Positions 37,916 to 47,997 of a stretch of DNA of 51,885 bases are shown piece by piece. The DNA is from Bacteroidales bacterium (GTDB lineage: Bacteria; Bacteroidota; Bacteroidia; Bacteroidales; UBA4417). Where the stretch lies: contig JBBQGD010000003.1 in NCBI GenBank assembly GCA_038322655.1, forward strand, positions 1-51,885. The letters run 5' to 3'. The stretch's first letter is position 1, and every line of letters starts with the position of its first letter. Below the pieces are notes generated by a model. It was not told the origin of the DNA, searched no databases, and saw only the letters and a program-made list of their open reading frames with translations. A program made the position numbers and the translations under genes.

Positions 37916-37950
37916 AGTGCCTGAAGTTAGCTTATCTGACTTCAGGCACT
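37916..37950. terminator. Hairpin between convergent pgk and cvpA
   Basis: AGTGCCTGAAGT / ACTTCAGGCACT perfect 12-bp stem; weak U-tracts. Confidence 0.75.
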
Positions 37951-37982
37951 TACAATTTTAAGCTTTTCTTTTCAAACACTCT

Positions 37983-38492
37983 TTAATGGATCATTTCCTT
38001 AACCTGAACGGTATATTTCTGAACCAGGGGAATTACAGCCGGCGCTACTGATGAAACCGGTTTATATAAAACGGAACCTTTTTTGTGCGAAGCTTTGAAC
38101 AGGCTTTCGTGCGGATCGATACGGGTAAACAATAAAAAAAGCAAACTTGCAATCAGCAGTCCTTTTGCAATACCAAACAGAACTCCTGCCAACCGGTTAA
38201 CGATTCCTAATCCAACTGTTTTAACTACACCGGTCAGGAAACGTCCCAGCAGATAAATTAGAATCACAACGATAACAAATGTGACAATATAGGCAATCAG
38301 CTTGATATTGCTGCTTTTCAGACCCATATCGTGTTGAAGCCAGTTAGCCGTAAACTCGGAGAAATGGGAAGCAGCGTAAAACCCGATCACCAATCCGGCC
38401 AATGTAGCAATACTGATAATAAAGCCGTTAGTAAAACCTTTAAAGGCGAAGTAGAGCAGGAAAAGTCCAAGTATAATATCAAGTGTTGACAT
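37983..38492 (-). CDS. cvpA: CvpA family membrane protein
   Basis: LDIILG...KGFTNGFI, LGIVNRLAGVLFGIAKG. Confidence 0.88.
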   Translation of the reverse strand: MSTLDIILGLFLLYFAFKGFTNGFIISIATLAGLVIGFYAASHFSEFTANWLQHDMGLKSSNIKLIAYIVTFVIVVILIYLLGRFLTGVVKTVGLGIVNRLAGVLFGIAKGLLIASLLFLLFTRIDPHESLFKASHKKGSVLYKPVSSVAPAVIPLVQKYTVQVKEMIH

Positions 38493-38556
38493 TCAGCTAA
38501 TTTCAAAATTAATGATTACTAACAGAGGAGATTAGCCGGAATCCACCAATGATTTG

Positions 38557-38612
38557 AAATTCCAAGCTCCAATTCTCAATTACTCAATCCGATATTTAAC
38601 ATCCGACATCTC
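38557..38612. repeat. Degenerate heptamer array after mlaF stop
   Basis: AAATTCC AAGCTCC AATTCTC AATTACT CAATCCG ATATTTA ACATCCG ACATCTC. Confidence 0.6.
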
Positions 38613-39375
38613 AACCCTTAATCCCTTTTTGTGGTCTGAGCCTCTTGGTAAGCTCTGATGTAAACACAAAAGCCTGGACCTCTTTATTATCAGTATTTAA
38701 TATATCGTGTTTGGTGCCTTCCCACCATAATTTACCCTGGTACAGAAAATAGATTTTCTCTCCGATTTCAAGCACCGAATTCATGTCGTGAGTAACCACG
38801 ACGGTAGTCATATTATATTCCAGGGTAATTTCTTTGATCAGCTCATCAATAAGATGGGCAGTCTGCGGATCAAGGCCTGAATTTGGCTCATCGCAGAACA
38901 GGTATCGTGGGTTCATGGAAATTGCACGGGCAATGGCAACCCGTTTTTTCATTCCGCCGCTCAGTTCCGAAGGAAAGAGCTTATTCACATTCTCAAGGTT
39001 CACCCTCGAAAGGCAGAAGTTGGCGCGTTCACGTTTTTCCTGAATCGTTTGTTTTGTAAACATGGTAAGTGGAAAAATTATATTCTCTTCCACAGTTAAG
39101 GAGTCGAATAATGCACCACCCTGGAAAAGCATCCCAATTTCCTGCCGGATTTCTTTCATTTCGTTAAACGACATTTTTGAAAATGCCCTTCCGTCATAAA
39201 ATACCTGTCCCTGGTCGGCCTTCAGCAAGCCTACAAGGCATTTAAGCAGTACGGTTTTACCCATCCCACTCTGACCAATGATAAGGTTAGTTTGCCCTTT
39301 TTCCATGGCGACTGAGATATTTTCAATTACCATTCGGTCGCCAAAGCTCTTGCTGATATTTTTGCCCTCTATCAT
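38611..39375 (-). CDS. mlaF: MlaF/Mkl-type ABC ATP-binding protein
   Basis: GQSGMGKT, MLFQGGALFDS, LSGGMKKRVAIARA, DEPNSGLDP. Confidence 0.88.
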   Translation of the reverse strand: MIEGKNISKSFGDRMVIENISVAMEKGQTNLIIGQSGMGKTVLLKCLVGLLKADQGQVFYDGRAFSKMSFNEMKEIRQEIGMLFQGGALFDSLTVEENIIFPLTMFTKQTIQEKRERANFCLSRVNLENVNKLFPSELSGGMKKRVAIARAISMNPRYLFCDEPNSGLDPQTAHLIDELIKEITLEYNMTTVVVTHDMNSVLEIGEKIYFLYQGKLWWEGTKHDILNTDNKEVQAFVFTSELTKRLRPQKGIKG

Positions 39376-40112
39376 GCCAGCAATAATTGAGTAAGGATTA
39401 GATTCATAAATATGATAGCAATGCTGCTGTATACAACGCCGTTAGTACTTGCTTCGCCTACTTCGAGTGCACCTCCTTTGGTATAAAATCCGCAATAAGC
39501 AGAAATAGAAGCAATTAAAAAGGCAAAAACAATTGTTTTGACAATAGCGTAAAAAAGGTCATACATATGAAAAAATGATTGTATGCCATAAATATACTCT
39601 GCCGAAGGGAAAAGACCAGTAAAAATTCCTGCAAGCCAGCCTCCGCCTACTGCAAGTATCATGCTCATTGCAATCAGGAAAGGATTAATAACCATGGAAG
39701 CGACAATTTTCGGCAAGATCAGGTATGTTGCTGGGTTAATACCCATGATTTCGAGAGCATCTATCTGTTCTGTTACACGCATAGTGCCTAATTCGGATGC
39801 TATTCTTGAACCTACCTTGCCTGCAAGTATAAGGCTGATAATAGTAGGTGCAAACTCAAGTTCCACACTTTGTCTGGTTACAAAACCAATGGTATAGGAA
39901 GGAATCAGAGGTGTGTCAATGTTAAAAGCCATCTGAATGGCCAGAACAGCACCCATAAATACCGAAATAATAGCAACAATGCCAACTGAGGCTAAACCGA
40001 GCTTATCCATCTCAACCATCACCTGCCTGAAGTAAATAGACTGTTTTTGAGGACGTTGAAATGCCTGTCCTAATAAGCCCAAGTAGCGTCCAAAGTGGAA
40101 TAAAAAATTCAT
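39372..40112 (-). CDS. mlaE: MlaE-family ABC permease
   Basis: AGKVGSRIASELGTMRVTEQIDALEIMG, GGALEVG; ATG 40112 preferred. Confidence 0.92.
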   Translation of the reverse strand: MNFLFHFGRYLGLLGQAFQRPQKQSIYFRQVMVEMDKLGLASVGIVAIISVFMGAVLAIQMAFNIDTPLIPSYTIGFVTRQSVELEFAPTIISLILAGKVGSRIASELGTMRVTEQIDALEIMGINPATYLILPKIVASMVINPFLIAMSMILAVGGGWLAGIFTGLFPSAEYIYGIQSFFHMYDLFYAIVKTIVFAFLIASISAYCGFYTKGGALEVGEASTNGVVYSSIAIIFMNLILTQLLLA

Positions 40113-40285
40113 TTCATACAATAATTAGTGCTAAATTAGCGTAAATTTTAGGACTGGCATCTACAGTTGTTTTTTTTTCTGAACAAGCAAAAGGTTGATT
40201 TGTTGAAAATGCAGGTGAATTGATGCCAAAAAACCTTAAAATCAATGAGATGAATATGTTTGAAAATATAGCTTCAAAATTTGGA

Positions 40286-40486
40286 ATGCGTCAATTATTG
40301 TTTGCGGCTTCAGTTATACTATTTCTCATTTTTACAAGTTGTGCAAGTGCCAACAGCGCACAAAACACCAAACATCGCAAGCCTGTTTCAACCGGTAAGC
40401 GCAAATGTGGGTGTAGCATGTTAACACCTGCTACCAATCAATCGATTAAGTTATATCAACAATGTGATTATGCCCTACAAGCCTGA
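40286..40486 (+). CDS. Small basic lipoprotein with CGC motif (start uncertain)
   Basis: MRQLLFAASVILFLIFTSC lipobox then KHRKPVSTGKRKCGC; overlaps the SprT start. Confidence 0.55.
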   Translation: MRQLLFAASVILFLIFTSCASANSAQNTKHRKPVSTGKRKCGCSMLTPATNQSIKLYQQCDYALQA

Positions 40487-41084
40487 AACTCTGGAGGGTA
40501 TTCTAAGTCGCTTCCCGGAGCAGGCACAACTGCTGACGAATACATTATTCAACGAATATCAATTCCTTTTCCGAATAACAACACCACGAAAAACCAGGCT
40601 TGGGAGTTTTAAGGGTGTTCGTATGGGTGCACGTCCTGTAATCCAAGTTAATTCCGACCTTGGACAATATACTTTTCTGCTTGTTTTTTTGCACGAATTA
40701 GCCCACCTGGTGGTGATGAAAAGATTTGGTCGAAAAGCGAAACCACATGGCGATGAATGGAAAAATGCGTATCGTAACCTGGTACATCCATTTATTAACG
40801 AACAGGTTTTCCCAACAGTACTAACTGTTGAATTGAACAGGTATTTTATTAAAACCCCAGCCACTTTTCACAGGGATACACGTCTTATCAATACACTTTC
40901 ATCGCTTGAAGGCGGAAAGACGATGATAACTGTTAACGATGTGCCTTTGAATGGTACTTTTACATTGATGAGTGGCCGTCAGTTTGTAAAACTTGAAAAA
41001 CTACGTACCCGGTATAAGTGCTATTGCCCGAAAACACGTAAATATTACCTTGTACCGAGGTCAGCACAAGTAATGCAGGCATGA
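40470..41084 (+). CDS. SprT-like zinc metalloprotease
   Basis: RKTRLGSF, LHELAH (HExxH), KPHGDEWK, KLRTRYKC. Confidence 0.88.
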   Translation: MPYKPETLEGILSRFPEQAQLLTNTLFNEYQFLFRITTPRKTRLGSFKGVRMGARPVIQVNSDLGQYTFLLVFLHELAHLVVMKRFGRKAKPHGDEWKNAYRNLVHPFINEQVFPTVLTVELNRYFIKTPATFHRDTRLINTLSSLEGGKTMITVNDVPLNGTFTLMSGRQFVKLEKLRTRYKCYCPKTRKYYLVPRSAQVMQA

Positions 41085-41312
41085 AGGAATCCAGGAGCCG
41101 GGTTATAAATTTAAGCATTACTTTTTCGAACCGGATAACATGAACCGGGTTTAGCAAAATTAAACTCTGATACTCGAGACAAATACAATCTTTTCAAAAT
41201 TTCTCTTTTAATTTTAATTATAGCTATTCCGAAACCGGATTTATTATCTTTGCAAAAAAGGATTATACTTCAAATTGTTGTAATTTAAAATGTTACATTA
41301 AAATATATCATA

Positions 41313-42404
41313 ATGAATAAAGACTATTATTGTGTAATTATGGCTGGAGGCGTAGGAGCACGTTTCTGGCCTCTAAGCAGGAATTCCCGTCCAAAACAAT
41401 TTATTGACATCCTGGGAACAGGGGAAACGCTGATTCAGCAAACATTCAGAAGGCTTACCACAATTTGTCCTCCTGAAAACATATTTGTAGTCACTCACCA
41501 GCAGTATTTCGATCAGGTGGTTGAACAGTTACCGGCCATCGTACCTGAGCATGTTCTGTGCGAACCTATGCGACGGAACACCGCTCCATGCATTGCTTAT
41601 GCCACCTATAAGATTAATAAGTTAAATCCAAATGCATGTATTGTTGTTGCACCTTCTGATCACATCATTCTGAAAGAAGAAGTCTTTACACAAACACTTC
41701 TATGCGCCTTGCAGGCAGCTTCCAAAAATGAATGGCTTCTGACCATAGGCATTACCCCCAGCAGACCTGATACGGGCTACGGCTATATACAATTTGATGA
41801 AGCCCATGCCTATGAGCCTGAATGTAAAGTCAGAAAAGTAAAAACATTTACTGAGAAACCTAACCATGAACTGGCCATGTCATTTCTGCAGAGTGGTGAT
41901 TTCCTCTGGAATGCAGGCATTTTTATCTGGTCATTAAAAAGTATTATGAATGCCTTCGAGAAGCACCTTCCTGAGTTAAACACGCTTTTCAAAGAAGGAA
42001 CCGAATTGTATTACACCGAAGAAGAGGCAACCTATATTGAAAGTGCATATACGGTCTGTAAAAGCATTTCCATTGATTATGGTGTAATGGAAAAGGCTGA
42101 TAGTGTGTTTGTGCTGGCAGCTGATATAGGCTGGAGCGATTTGGGAACCTGGGGCTCCTTATATGACACTTCAGGAAAAGATGCCGATGGAAATGCAATA
42201 ATCGGAGCAAAGCCACTGGTATATGATACTCATAATTGTATTGTAAATTTGCCGGCCGACAGGGTCGCTGTTATTCAAGGTATGGATGACATGATCGTAG
42301 TCGAAGATAATGGCATACTGCTTATCTGTAAACGCAACGACGAGCAAAATATCCGCGGCTATGTTGATGCTGTGCGGAACGAAAAAGGTGAAAAATATAT
42401 TTAA
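41313..42404 (+). CDS. manC: Mannose-1-phosphate guanylyltransferase
   Basis: IMAGGVGARFWPLSR, PKQF, RNTAPCI, PSDH, FTEKP, WNAGIF, WSDLGTW; -7 box TATCTTTG at 41245-41252. Confidence 0.94.
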   Translation: MNKDYYCVIMAGGVGARFWPLSRNSRPKQFIDILGTGETLIQQTFRRLTTICPPENIFVVTHQQYFDQVVEQLPAIVPEHVLCEPMRRNTAPCIAYATYKINKLNPNACIVVAPSDHIILKEEVFTQTLLCALQAASKNEWLLTIGITPSRPDTGYGYIQFDEAHAYEPECKVRKVKTFTEKPNHELAMSFLQSGDFLWNAGIFIWSLKSIMNAFEKHLPELNTLFKEGTELYYTEEEATYIESAYTVCKSISIDYGVMEKADSVFVLAADIGWSDLGTWGSLYDTSGKDADGNAIIGAKPLVYDTHNCIVNLPADRVAVIQGMDDMIVVEDNGILLICKRNDEQNIRGYVDAVRNEKGEKYI

Positions 42405-42494
42405 AACTTTTTAAGGAAATCCAAAAATTAAATTGAAATAAATCATACAACCAAATCATCAATTAAAGACCCATTACTTCAATCAATCTTTCTT

Positions 42495-44648
42495 ATGAAA
42501 AAAATCACTCTCATCCTCTTAGCCTTTTTATCGGTATTTACCTTTCAAAGCCGTGCTGACGAAGGCATGTGGCTTCCTTTATTTATTCAGCGCCTTAACT
42601 ATGTGGATATGCAAAAGGAAGGCCTACACCTCACTGCTGACGAAATATACAGCATTAACCACTCAAGTCTGAAAGATGCAATTATCATTTTCGGTGGCGG
42701 ATGTACAGGTGAAATTGTTTCTGCAAATGGTTTGATATTTACCAATCACCACTGCGGATATGGCTCAATCCAATCGCACAGCACAGTTGACCATGATTAC
42801 CTGAGTGATGGTTTCTGGGCAACGCGCTACGAAGAAGAACTGCCAAATCCCGGGCTTACAGCGCGTTTCCTTGTCAGCATACAGGATGTAACCAAAGCAG
42901 CACTGGAGGGAGTAAACAGTACTATGACTGATACCGAAAGGGAAGCTAAAATAAGGGAAAACTCTAAAAAAATTGAGGCTGAAAACACAAAAGGCACCAA
43001 TTACAATGCCCGTACCGTTTCGTTCTTTAGCGGAAACGAATATTACCTGTTTCTGTACGAAGTATATAAAGATGTAAGACTGGTAGGAGCGCCTCCATCA
43101 TCCATCGGAAAATTTGGTGCTGATACAGATAATTGGATGTGGCCCAGACATACAGGTGACTTCTCTATTTTTAGAGTATATGCCAATAAAGAAAACAAAC
43201 CTGCTGATTACGCTGCGGACAATGTGCCTTTGAAGTCAAAAAAGTTTTTACCGGTTTCGATAAAGGAGAAAAAGATCGGCGACTTCGCAATGATCATGGG
43301 TTACCCCGGTCGGACCGATCGCTATGCAACATCGTACACCATTAAATGGGCCCTGGAGCAAAATAATCCCATGGTTGTTAAAATACGCACCAAAAAACTC
43401 GATATCCTTCGCGAAGATATGGCTGCAAACCCTGAAGTACGTATAAAATATGCATCTAAATTTGCAGGATCAGCCAATTACTGGAAATTTTATATAGGCC
43501 AGAACAAAGGATTGAAACAACTGGGTGTTTACGATAGAAAGAAGGAACTTGAGGAGCAGTATGTAAACTGGCTCAGTAAGGATAAAGAACGAAGTGAAAA
43601 ATATGGAGAAGCTTTGCCCGATATTTCAACAGCATATGAAACCATCAATAAATATGAGGCTGCTGTAAGGTACAATGCTGAGGCCATAATGCGAGGATGC
43701 GAGATCATTGCTTTTACCAGGAGTTTCAACAAGCTTGCGGAAGAACTTGCCAAGCCTAAGCCCGATCAGCAGGTAATTCAAACGATATCGAAACAGGTAA
43801 AAGAAAATTCCCACGAGTATTTTAAAGACTACAATATGGCTACCGATGTAAAAGTACTTGCTGCCATGCTGCAATTATACTACGATGATGTTCCTAAAGA
43901 TATGCAGCCAGCTTACCTCGAAAAAATGCATGCAAAATACAAAGGGAATTTCGAGGATTATGCAACGGCTGTTTTCGGCAAAACTATTTTCAGCTCCAAG
44001 GAAAAAGTGGATGCTTTCCTGGCAGATCCAAAATCGAAAACCCTGCAAAAAGATCCTGCTATGGTTTTACAGAAAGCATTTACTTCAAATGCTGAAATTA
44101 TCGACAACCTTGTAAGCCCAGCCAATGATTTACTTGATAAAGGCCGCAGGTTATTTGTAGCCGGATTACGCGAAATGCAAAGCGACAGGACTTTTTACCC
44201 TGATGCCAATAGTACCATGAGGCTTACTTACGGCCAGGTGCTTGATTACAGCCCTGCCGATGCAGTTGAGTATAATTTTGTAACAACACTTGATGGTGTG
44301 ATGGCAAAAGAAGATCCTTCGAATCCGGAATTCGTGGTGCCCGAAAAACTAAAGCAACTTTACAAGGATAAAGACTATGGCCGTTACGGCCAAAACGGGA
44401 AGATGATTGTTGGATTTCTTACCAACAATGATATAACCGGTGGAAACTCGGGAAGCCCCGTAATGAATGGTGATGGTCAGCTAATCGGGCTTGCATTTGA
44501 TGGTAACTGGGAAGCCATGAGCGGAAATTATGCATTCGAACCAAAACTTCAGCGGACGATTTCTGTTGATATACGGTATGTGCTCTTTATAATAGATAAA
44601 TATGCGGGAGCTACCAATATCATAAAAGAGCTTGACATACGCGAATAA
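42495..44648 (+). CDS. dpp7: S46 dipeptidyl peptidase, DPP7 type
   Basis: ADEGMWL, TNHHC, HTGDF, TGGNSGSP; FDGNWE has Gly at the S1 position (DPP7) where DPP11 has Arg. Confidence 0.92.
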   Translation: MKKITLILLAFLSVFTFQSRADEGMWLPLFIQRLNYVDMQKEGLHLTADEIYSINHSSLKDAIIIFGGGCTGEIVSANGLIFTNHHCGYGSIQSHSTVDHDYLSDGFWATRYEEELPNPGLTARFLVSIQDVTKAALEGVNSTMTDTEREAKIRENSKKIEAENTKGTNYNARTVSFFSGNEYYLFLYEVYKDVRLVGAPPSSIGKFGADTDNWMWPRHTGDFSIFRVYANKENKPADYAADNVPLKSKKFLPVSIKEKKIGDFAMIMGYPGRTDRYATSYTIKWALEQNNPMVVKIRTKKLDILREDMAANPEVRIKYASKFAGSANYWKFYIGQNKGLKQLGVYDRKKELEEQYVNWLSKDKERSEKYGEALPDISTAYETINKYEAAVRYNAEAIMRGCEIIAFTRSFNKLAEELAKPKPDQQVIQTISKQVKENSHEYFKDYNMATDVKVLAAMLQLYYDDVPKDMQPAYLEKMHAKYKGNFEDYATAVFGKTIFSSKEKVDAFLADPKSKTLQKDPAMVLQKAFTSNAEIIDNLVSPANDLLDKGRRLFVAGLREMQSDRTFYPDANSTMRLTYGQVLDYSPADAVEYNFVTTLDGVMAKEDPSNPEFVVPEKLKQLYKDKDYGRYGQNGKMIVGFLTNNDITGGNSGSPVMNGDGQLIGLAFDGNWEAMSGNYAFEPKLQRTISVDIRYVLFIIDKYAGATNIIKELDIRE

Positions 44649-44686
44649 CTAATTTAAATACATTTTAATAAGCTTTTAAGCTAAAT

Positions 44687-45889
44687 ATGAAACATTCTTT
44701 CTTTAAAATTGCCCTACTTGCATCTTCATTTGTTGCAGTTCTGTCATCCTGTAATAAAATTGTTGAGACTCCTCCTCAATTTCTGCGCAGTGGAAACAGC
44801 ATGGTAATAGCAAACGCAAAAAGTGGTACTGTTGCCGGCAATCTGGTAATAGCTGGTTACAATTCTACATCTTCAAAGGGATATGATGCAGTACTGGTGA
44901 TGGCAAATCCCGAGAATGGTGATACCATTTGGACTAAAACTTTTGGTAACTCTTATTCTGATGCTTTTTATAACGTTAAAAATTCAAATGATGGCGGATT
45001 TATTGCTTCTGGTTTTACCAACAGGGCCAGTGCCAGTTCACCTGCTATGTTGGTAGTGATAACTGATGCTGACGGGAAAGCAATTATAACGAAGACTTAT
45101 GGTGGTACCGCATATTCCCAGGGTTTCAATGTGTTACCTGTTGCTGACAGCGGTTACCTCATTACCGGTGTTATCCAAAAAAGCAGCACTTCGGACCGCG
45201 ATATTTACCTTGTCAGGATCAGAGAAACAGGTGATACTATTTGGACCAGAAGCTTTGGGGCAACAGGCAAAGACCCGTACGATTCAATTAATGATGCAGC
45301 TTATGCTACTATTGAGGCTCCCGGAGGCGGGTTTTTTATCACGGGTTCAATTCACGGTTATACCCAAAACGGCGGTAGGATTTTTCTTATGAAAGTCTCT
45401 TCCACCGGCGACTCACTTTGGACAAAGATGTATAATTACGGCATAGGGTATTCGTTAACGCTTACCAGTGACAACGGAATTGTAATCAGCGGCTCGTTGC
45501 AGGAGGGAAGTAGTCAGGATATTTTCCTCCTTAAAACGGATACTGCAGGTACAATTTTGTGGGGCGGAATAAAAACCTTTGGTGGAGGTGGTTACGAATA
45601 TGGTGCATCAATGATTGAAGCTTCTGACGGAGGTTTTGCCATCACAGGGATAACCGATAGTCAAGGCTATGGTAACCAGGATGTTTTCCTTATCAGGACT
45701 AATTCATCAGGTGATAAGTTATGGGAAAAAACATACGGAGGCACCGATAATGACCAGGGCTTCGGTCTGGTGCAATTGCCTGATAACGGATTCAGCATTA
45801 CGGGACTTTCAAACTCAGGAGGAAGCTACATTTTTCTGAACCGGACTTCCAGTGATGGTACGCAAGGATGGGTAAAGTATATTGAATAA
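44687..45889 (+). CDS. Beta-propeller repeat lipoprotein
   Basis: Lipobox LSSC; about seven repeats of G-D-x-x-W-x-K-T-[FY]-G...D-G-G-F-x-I-T-G. Confidence 0.85.
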   Translation: MKHSFFKIALLASSFVAVLSSCNKIVETPPQFLRSGNSMVIANAKSGTVAGNLVIAGYNSTSSKGYDAVLVMANPENGDTIWTKTFGNSYSDAFYNVKNSNDGGFIASGFTNRASASSPAMLVVITDADGKAIITKTYGGTAYSQGFNVLPVADSGYLITGVIQKSSTSDRDIYLVRIRETGDTIWTRSFGATGKDPYDSINDAAYATIEAPGGGFFITGSIHGYTQNGGRIFLMKVSSTGDSLWTKMYNYGIGYSLTLTSDNGIVISGSLQEGSSQDIFLLKTDTAGTILWGGIKTFGGGGYEYGASMIEASDGGFAITGITDSQGYGNQDVFLIRTNSSGDKLWEKTYGGTDNDQGFGLVQLPDNGFSITGLSNSGGSYIFLNRTSSDGTQGWVKYIE

Positions 45890-45941
45890 CCGTTCTGAAA
45901 AAGTTGTGTCATTCGGATAAAACGGAATATTAAATTATGAG

Positions 45942-45975
45942 GAAAGGCTGTTCCGGTAAGGGGCAGCCTTCTTTG
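45942..45975 (+). terminator. Intrinsic terminator
   Basis: AAGGCTGTTCC-ggtaa-GGGGCAGCCTT followed by CTTTG. Confidence 0.75.
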
Positions 45976-46160
45976 TGTAACTACTTTCAGTCAGATTGGG
46001 CAGTCTGTTTAATATTAACATTAAAGTCCTTATGTTGCTGGCCAACAAGCTAATAATTAAATATTGTTTTCGAAAGACGTAAATTTAACTATCTTTGTAT
46101 GGCTACCGGAATTCATCCGGCAAGACAATACCAGGCAAACCCTCTAATTACTTTTTATTC

Positions 46161-47990
46161 ATGTTACTCCGGAATATTATCATATTTCATGTATTGATTT
46201 TCTGCACAACCGGAGCAGCATTGGCCCAGCATAAAAAAGACAGTACAGATATCCATGGGGTTTATAAAAAGATTGAAGATTACTCCTCAAAGCGAAAATT
46301 AACAAATTTAATCAAAGATTTATTATTGCATCCGGTAACAACATCAACAAATCCGTTAGTTGAAAATCCGGGCATTCAGGTTGATGATGTGTATACTCAG
46401 TTTGAAGGGAAAATAATAAGGAATATCAACATATCCACGCTTGATCCTTTTGGATATTCGGTTCATGATACCACTTCATATCCACGAAGCTTTCTTGAAA
46501 AGAGTGGTAATGCGCTCCATGTAAAAACATTGAATCAGGTTATCCTGAACCGGATGTTAATCCAAAAATACGATAAGTTTGATTCATTGCTGGTGAAGGA
46601 ATCGGAACGATTAATCCGCAGCCAGAGTTATATTCACGATGTGGTGGTAACCACAGTATCCACTGCGGAAAATTCCGATTCAGTCGATGTGTTTGTTCGT
46701 GTGATTGATTTATGGAGTATCATTCCTGACGGTGCTCTCTCATCTGAAAGCCTCACATTTAAACTCACCGAAAAAAACCTGGGTGGTTTGGGACATACAA
46801 TTTCAGGATCATGGTGGCAGAATTATATGAATGGGAAGAATGCTTTTTCAGCATATTATTATGTTCCGAATATTAAAAATACATACATCAATTCACGCTT
46901 GGGCTATTCGATTGATGAGAATAAAAATTATCTTAAAAGTCTGAATATCGAAAGACCTTTTTTTTCACCTGTTGCCCGGTGGGCAGGTGGTATCTATGGT
47001 GCACAGCAAAAGCAGGCAGGCTGGATATATGAAAATGACACAGTACGCCTGGATTTACAATCAAAAGTTAACATTCAGGATTACTGGGCAGCAACAGCCT
47101 GGCAGATTTTTAAAGGCAAGACAGTAACCGATAGAACAACAAAACTGGTTTTATCCGGAAGATTATTCAGCACCAGGTATCTTGAAAAGCCAATAGAGCA
47201 ACCTGACATAATGGATTATTATACCAGTGAAAAGTTTTACCTGGCTGGGCTTGGGATTTCGAGCCGGAAATATGTTAAGCAAAGCTACATTTTCCGTTTC
47301 GGAACAACTGAGGATGTTCCTGTAGGAATTACTTATGGGATTGTGGTCGGTTACCAGCTAAAAAACCATGAGCGCTGGTACTGGGGTTTAAACCACTCGT
47401 GGGGCAATTTTTTCAAATGGGGCTATTTTGGGTCCAATTTCGAGTATGGAACATTTGTAAATGCATCCTATAAGACCCAAGGTGTTTTTAAGGTAAGTCT
47501 GAATTATTTCTCTGGTCTGTTTTCAATTGGCAAGTGGAATTTCCGGCAGTTTGCCAAGCCAGAGCTTACTATCGGTATGAATCGGGCTACCTATGACAGG
47601 CTTACTCTTAACGACGGATATGGGTTGAATGGGTTTAACAGCAATGTGCTTTCGGGCACCAATCGCTTCCTGTTCATTATACAAACTCAATCTTATGCCC
47701 CCTGGAACTGGCTTGGATTCAGGTTCGGCCCGTACATCAATTGTTCATTCGGAATGTTGGGTAACGAAGAAACAGGATTCCGGAATAGACGGGTTTATCC
47801 TCAGATTGGGTTTGGCATTTTGATTCGCAATGATTATATGGTTGTTAATAACATACAACTATCATTTGCATTTTATCCTTCAATTCCCGGCTATGGCAAT
47901 AATGTGCTTAAAGGTAATCCATTCAGAACTACTGATTTTGGATTTCCTGATTTTGTAATCGGGAAACCAGCCGTAATCGAATTTCACTAA
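46161..47990 (+). CDS. Omp85/BamA-like outer-membrane protein (POTRA-like region + barrel)
   Basis: Signal peptide, FEGKIIRNINI, ESERLIRS, DLWS, EKNLGGLG, aromatic beta-strands; -7 box TATCTTTG at 46090-46097 overlaps the TTG used by the ORF track. Confidence 0.75.
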   Translation: MLLRNIIIFHVLIFCTTGAALAQHKKDSTDIHGVYKKIEDYSSKRKLTNLIKDLLLHPVTTSTNPLVENPGIQVDDVYTQFEGKIIRNINISTLDPFGYSVHDTTSYPRSFLEKSGNALHVKTLNQVILNRMLIQKYDKFDSLLVKESERLIRSQSYIHDVVVTTVSTAENSDSVDVFVRVIDLWSIIPDGALSSESLTFKLTEKNLGGLGHTISGSWWQNYMNGKNAFSAYYYVPNIKNTYINSRLGYSIDENKNYLKSLNIERPFFSPVARWAGGIYGAQQKQAGWIYENDTVRLDLQSKVNIQDYWAATAWQIFKGKTVTDRTTKLVLSGRLFSTRYLEKPIEQPDIMDYYTSEKFYLAGLGISSRKYVKQSYIFRFGTTEDVPVGITYGIVVGYQLKNHERWYWGLNHSWGNFFKWGYFGSNFEYGTFVNASYKTQGVFKVSLNYFSGLFSIGKWNFRQFAKPELTIGMNRATYDRLTLNDGYGLNGFNSNVLSGTNRFLFIIQTQSYAPWNWLGFRFGPYINCSFGMLGNEETGFRNRRVYPQIGFGILIRNDYMVVNNIQLSFAFYPSIPGYGNNVLKGNPFRTTDFGFPDFVIGKPAVIEFH

Positions 47991-47997
47991 ACCCATT

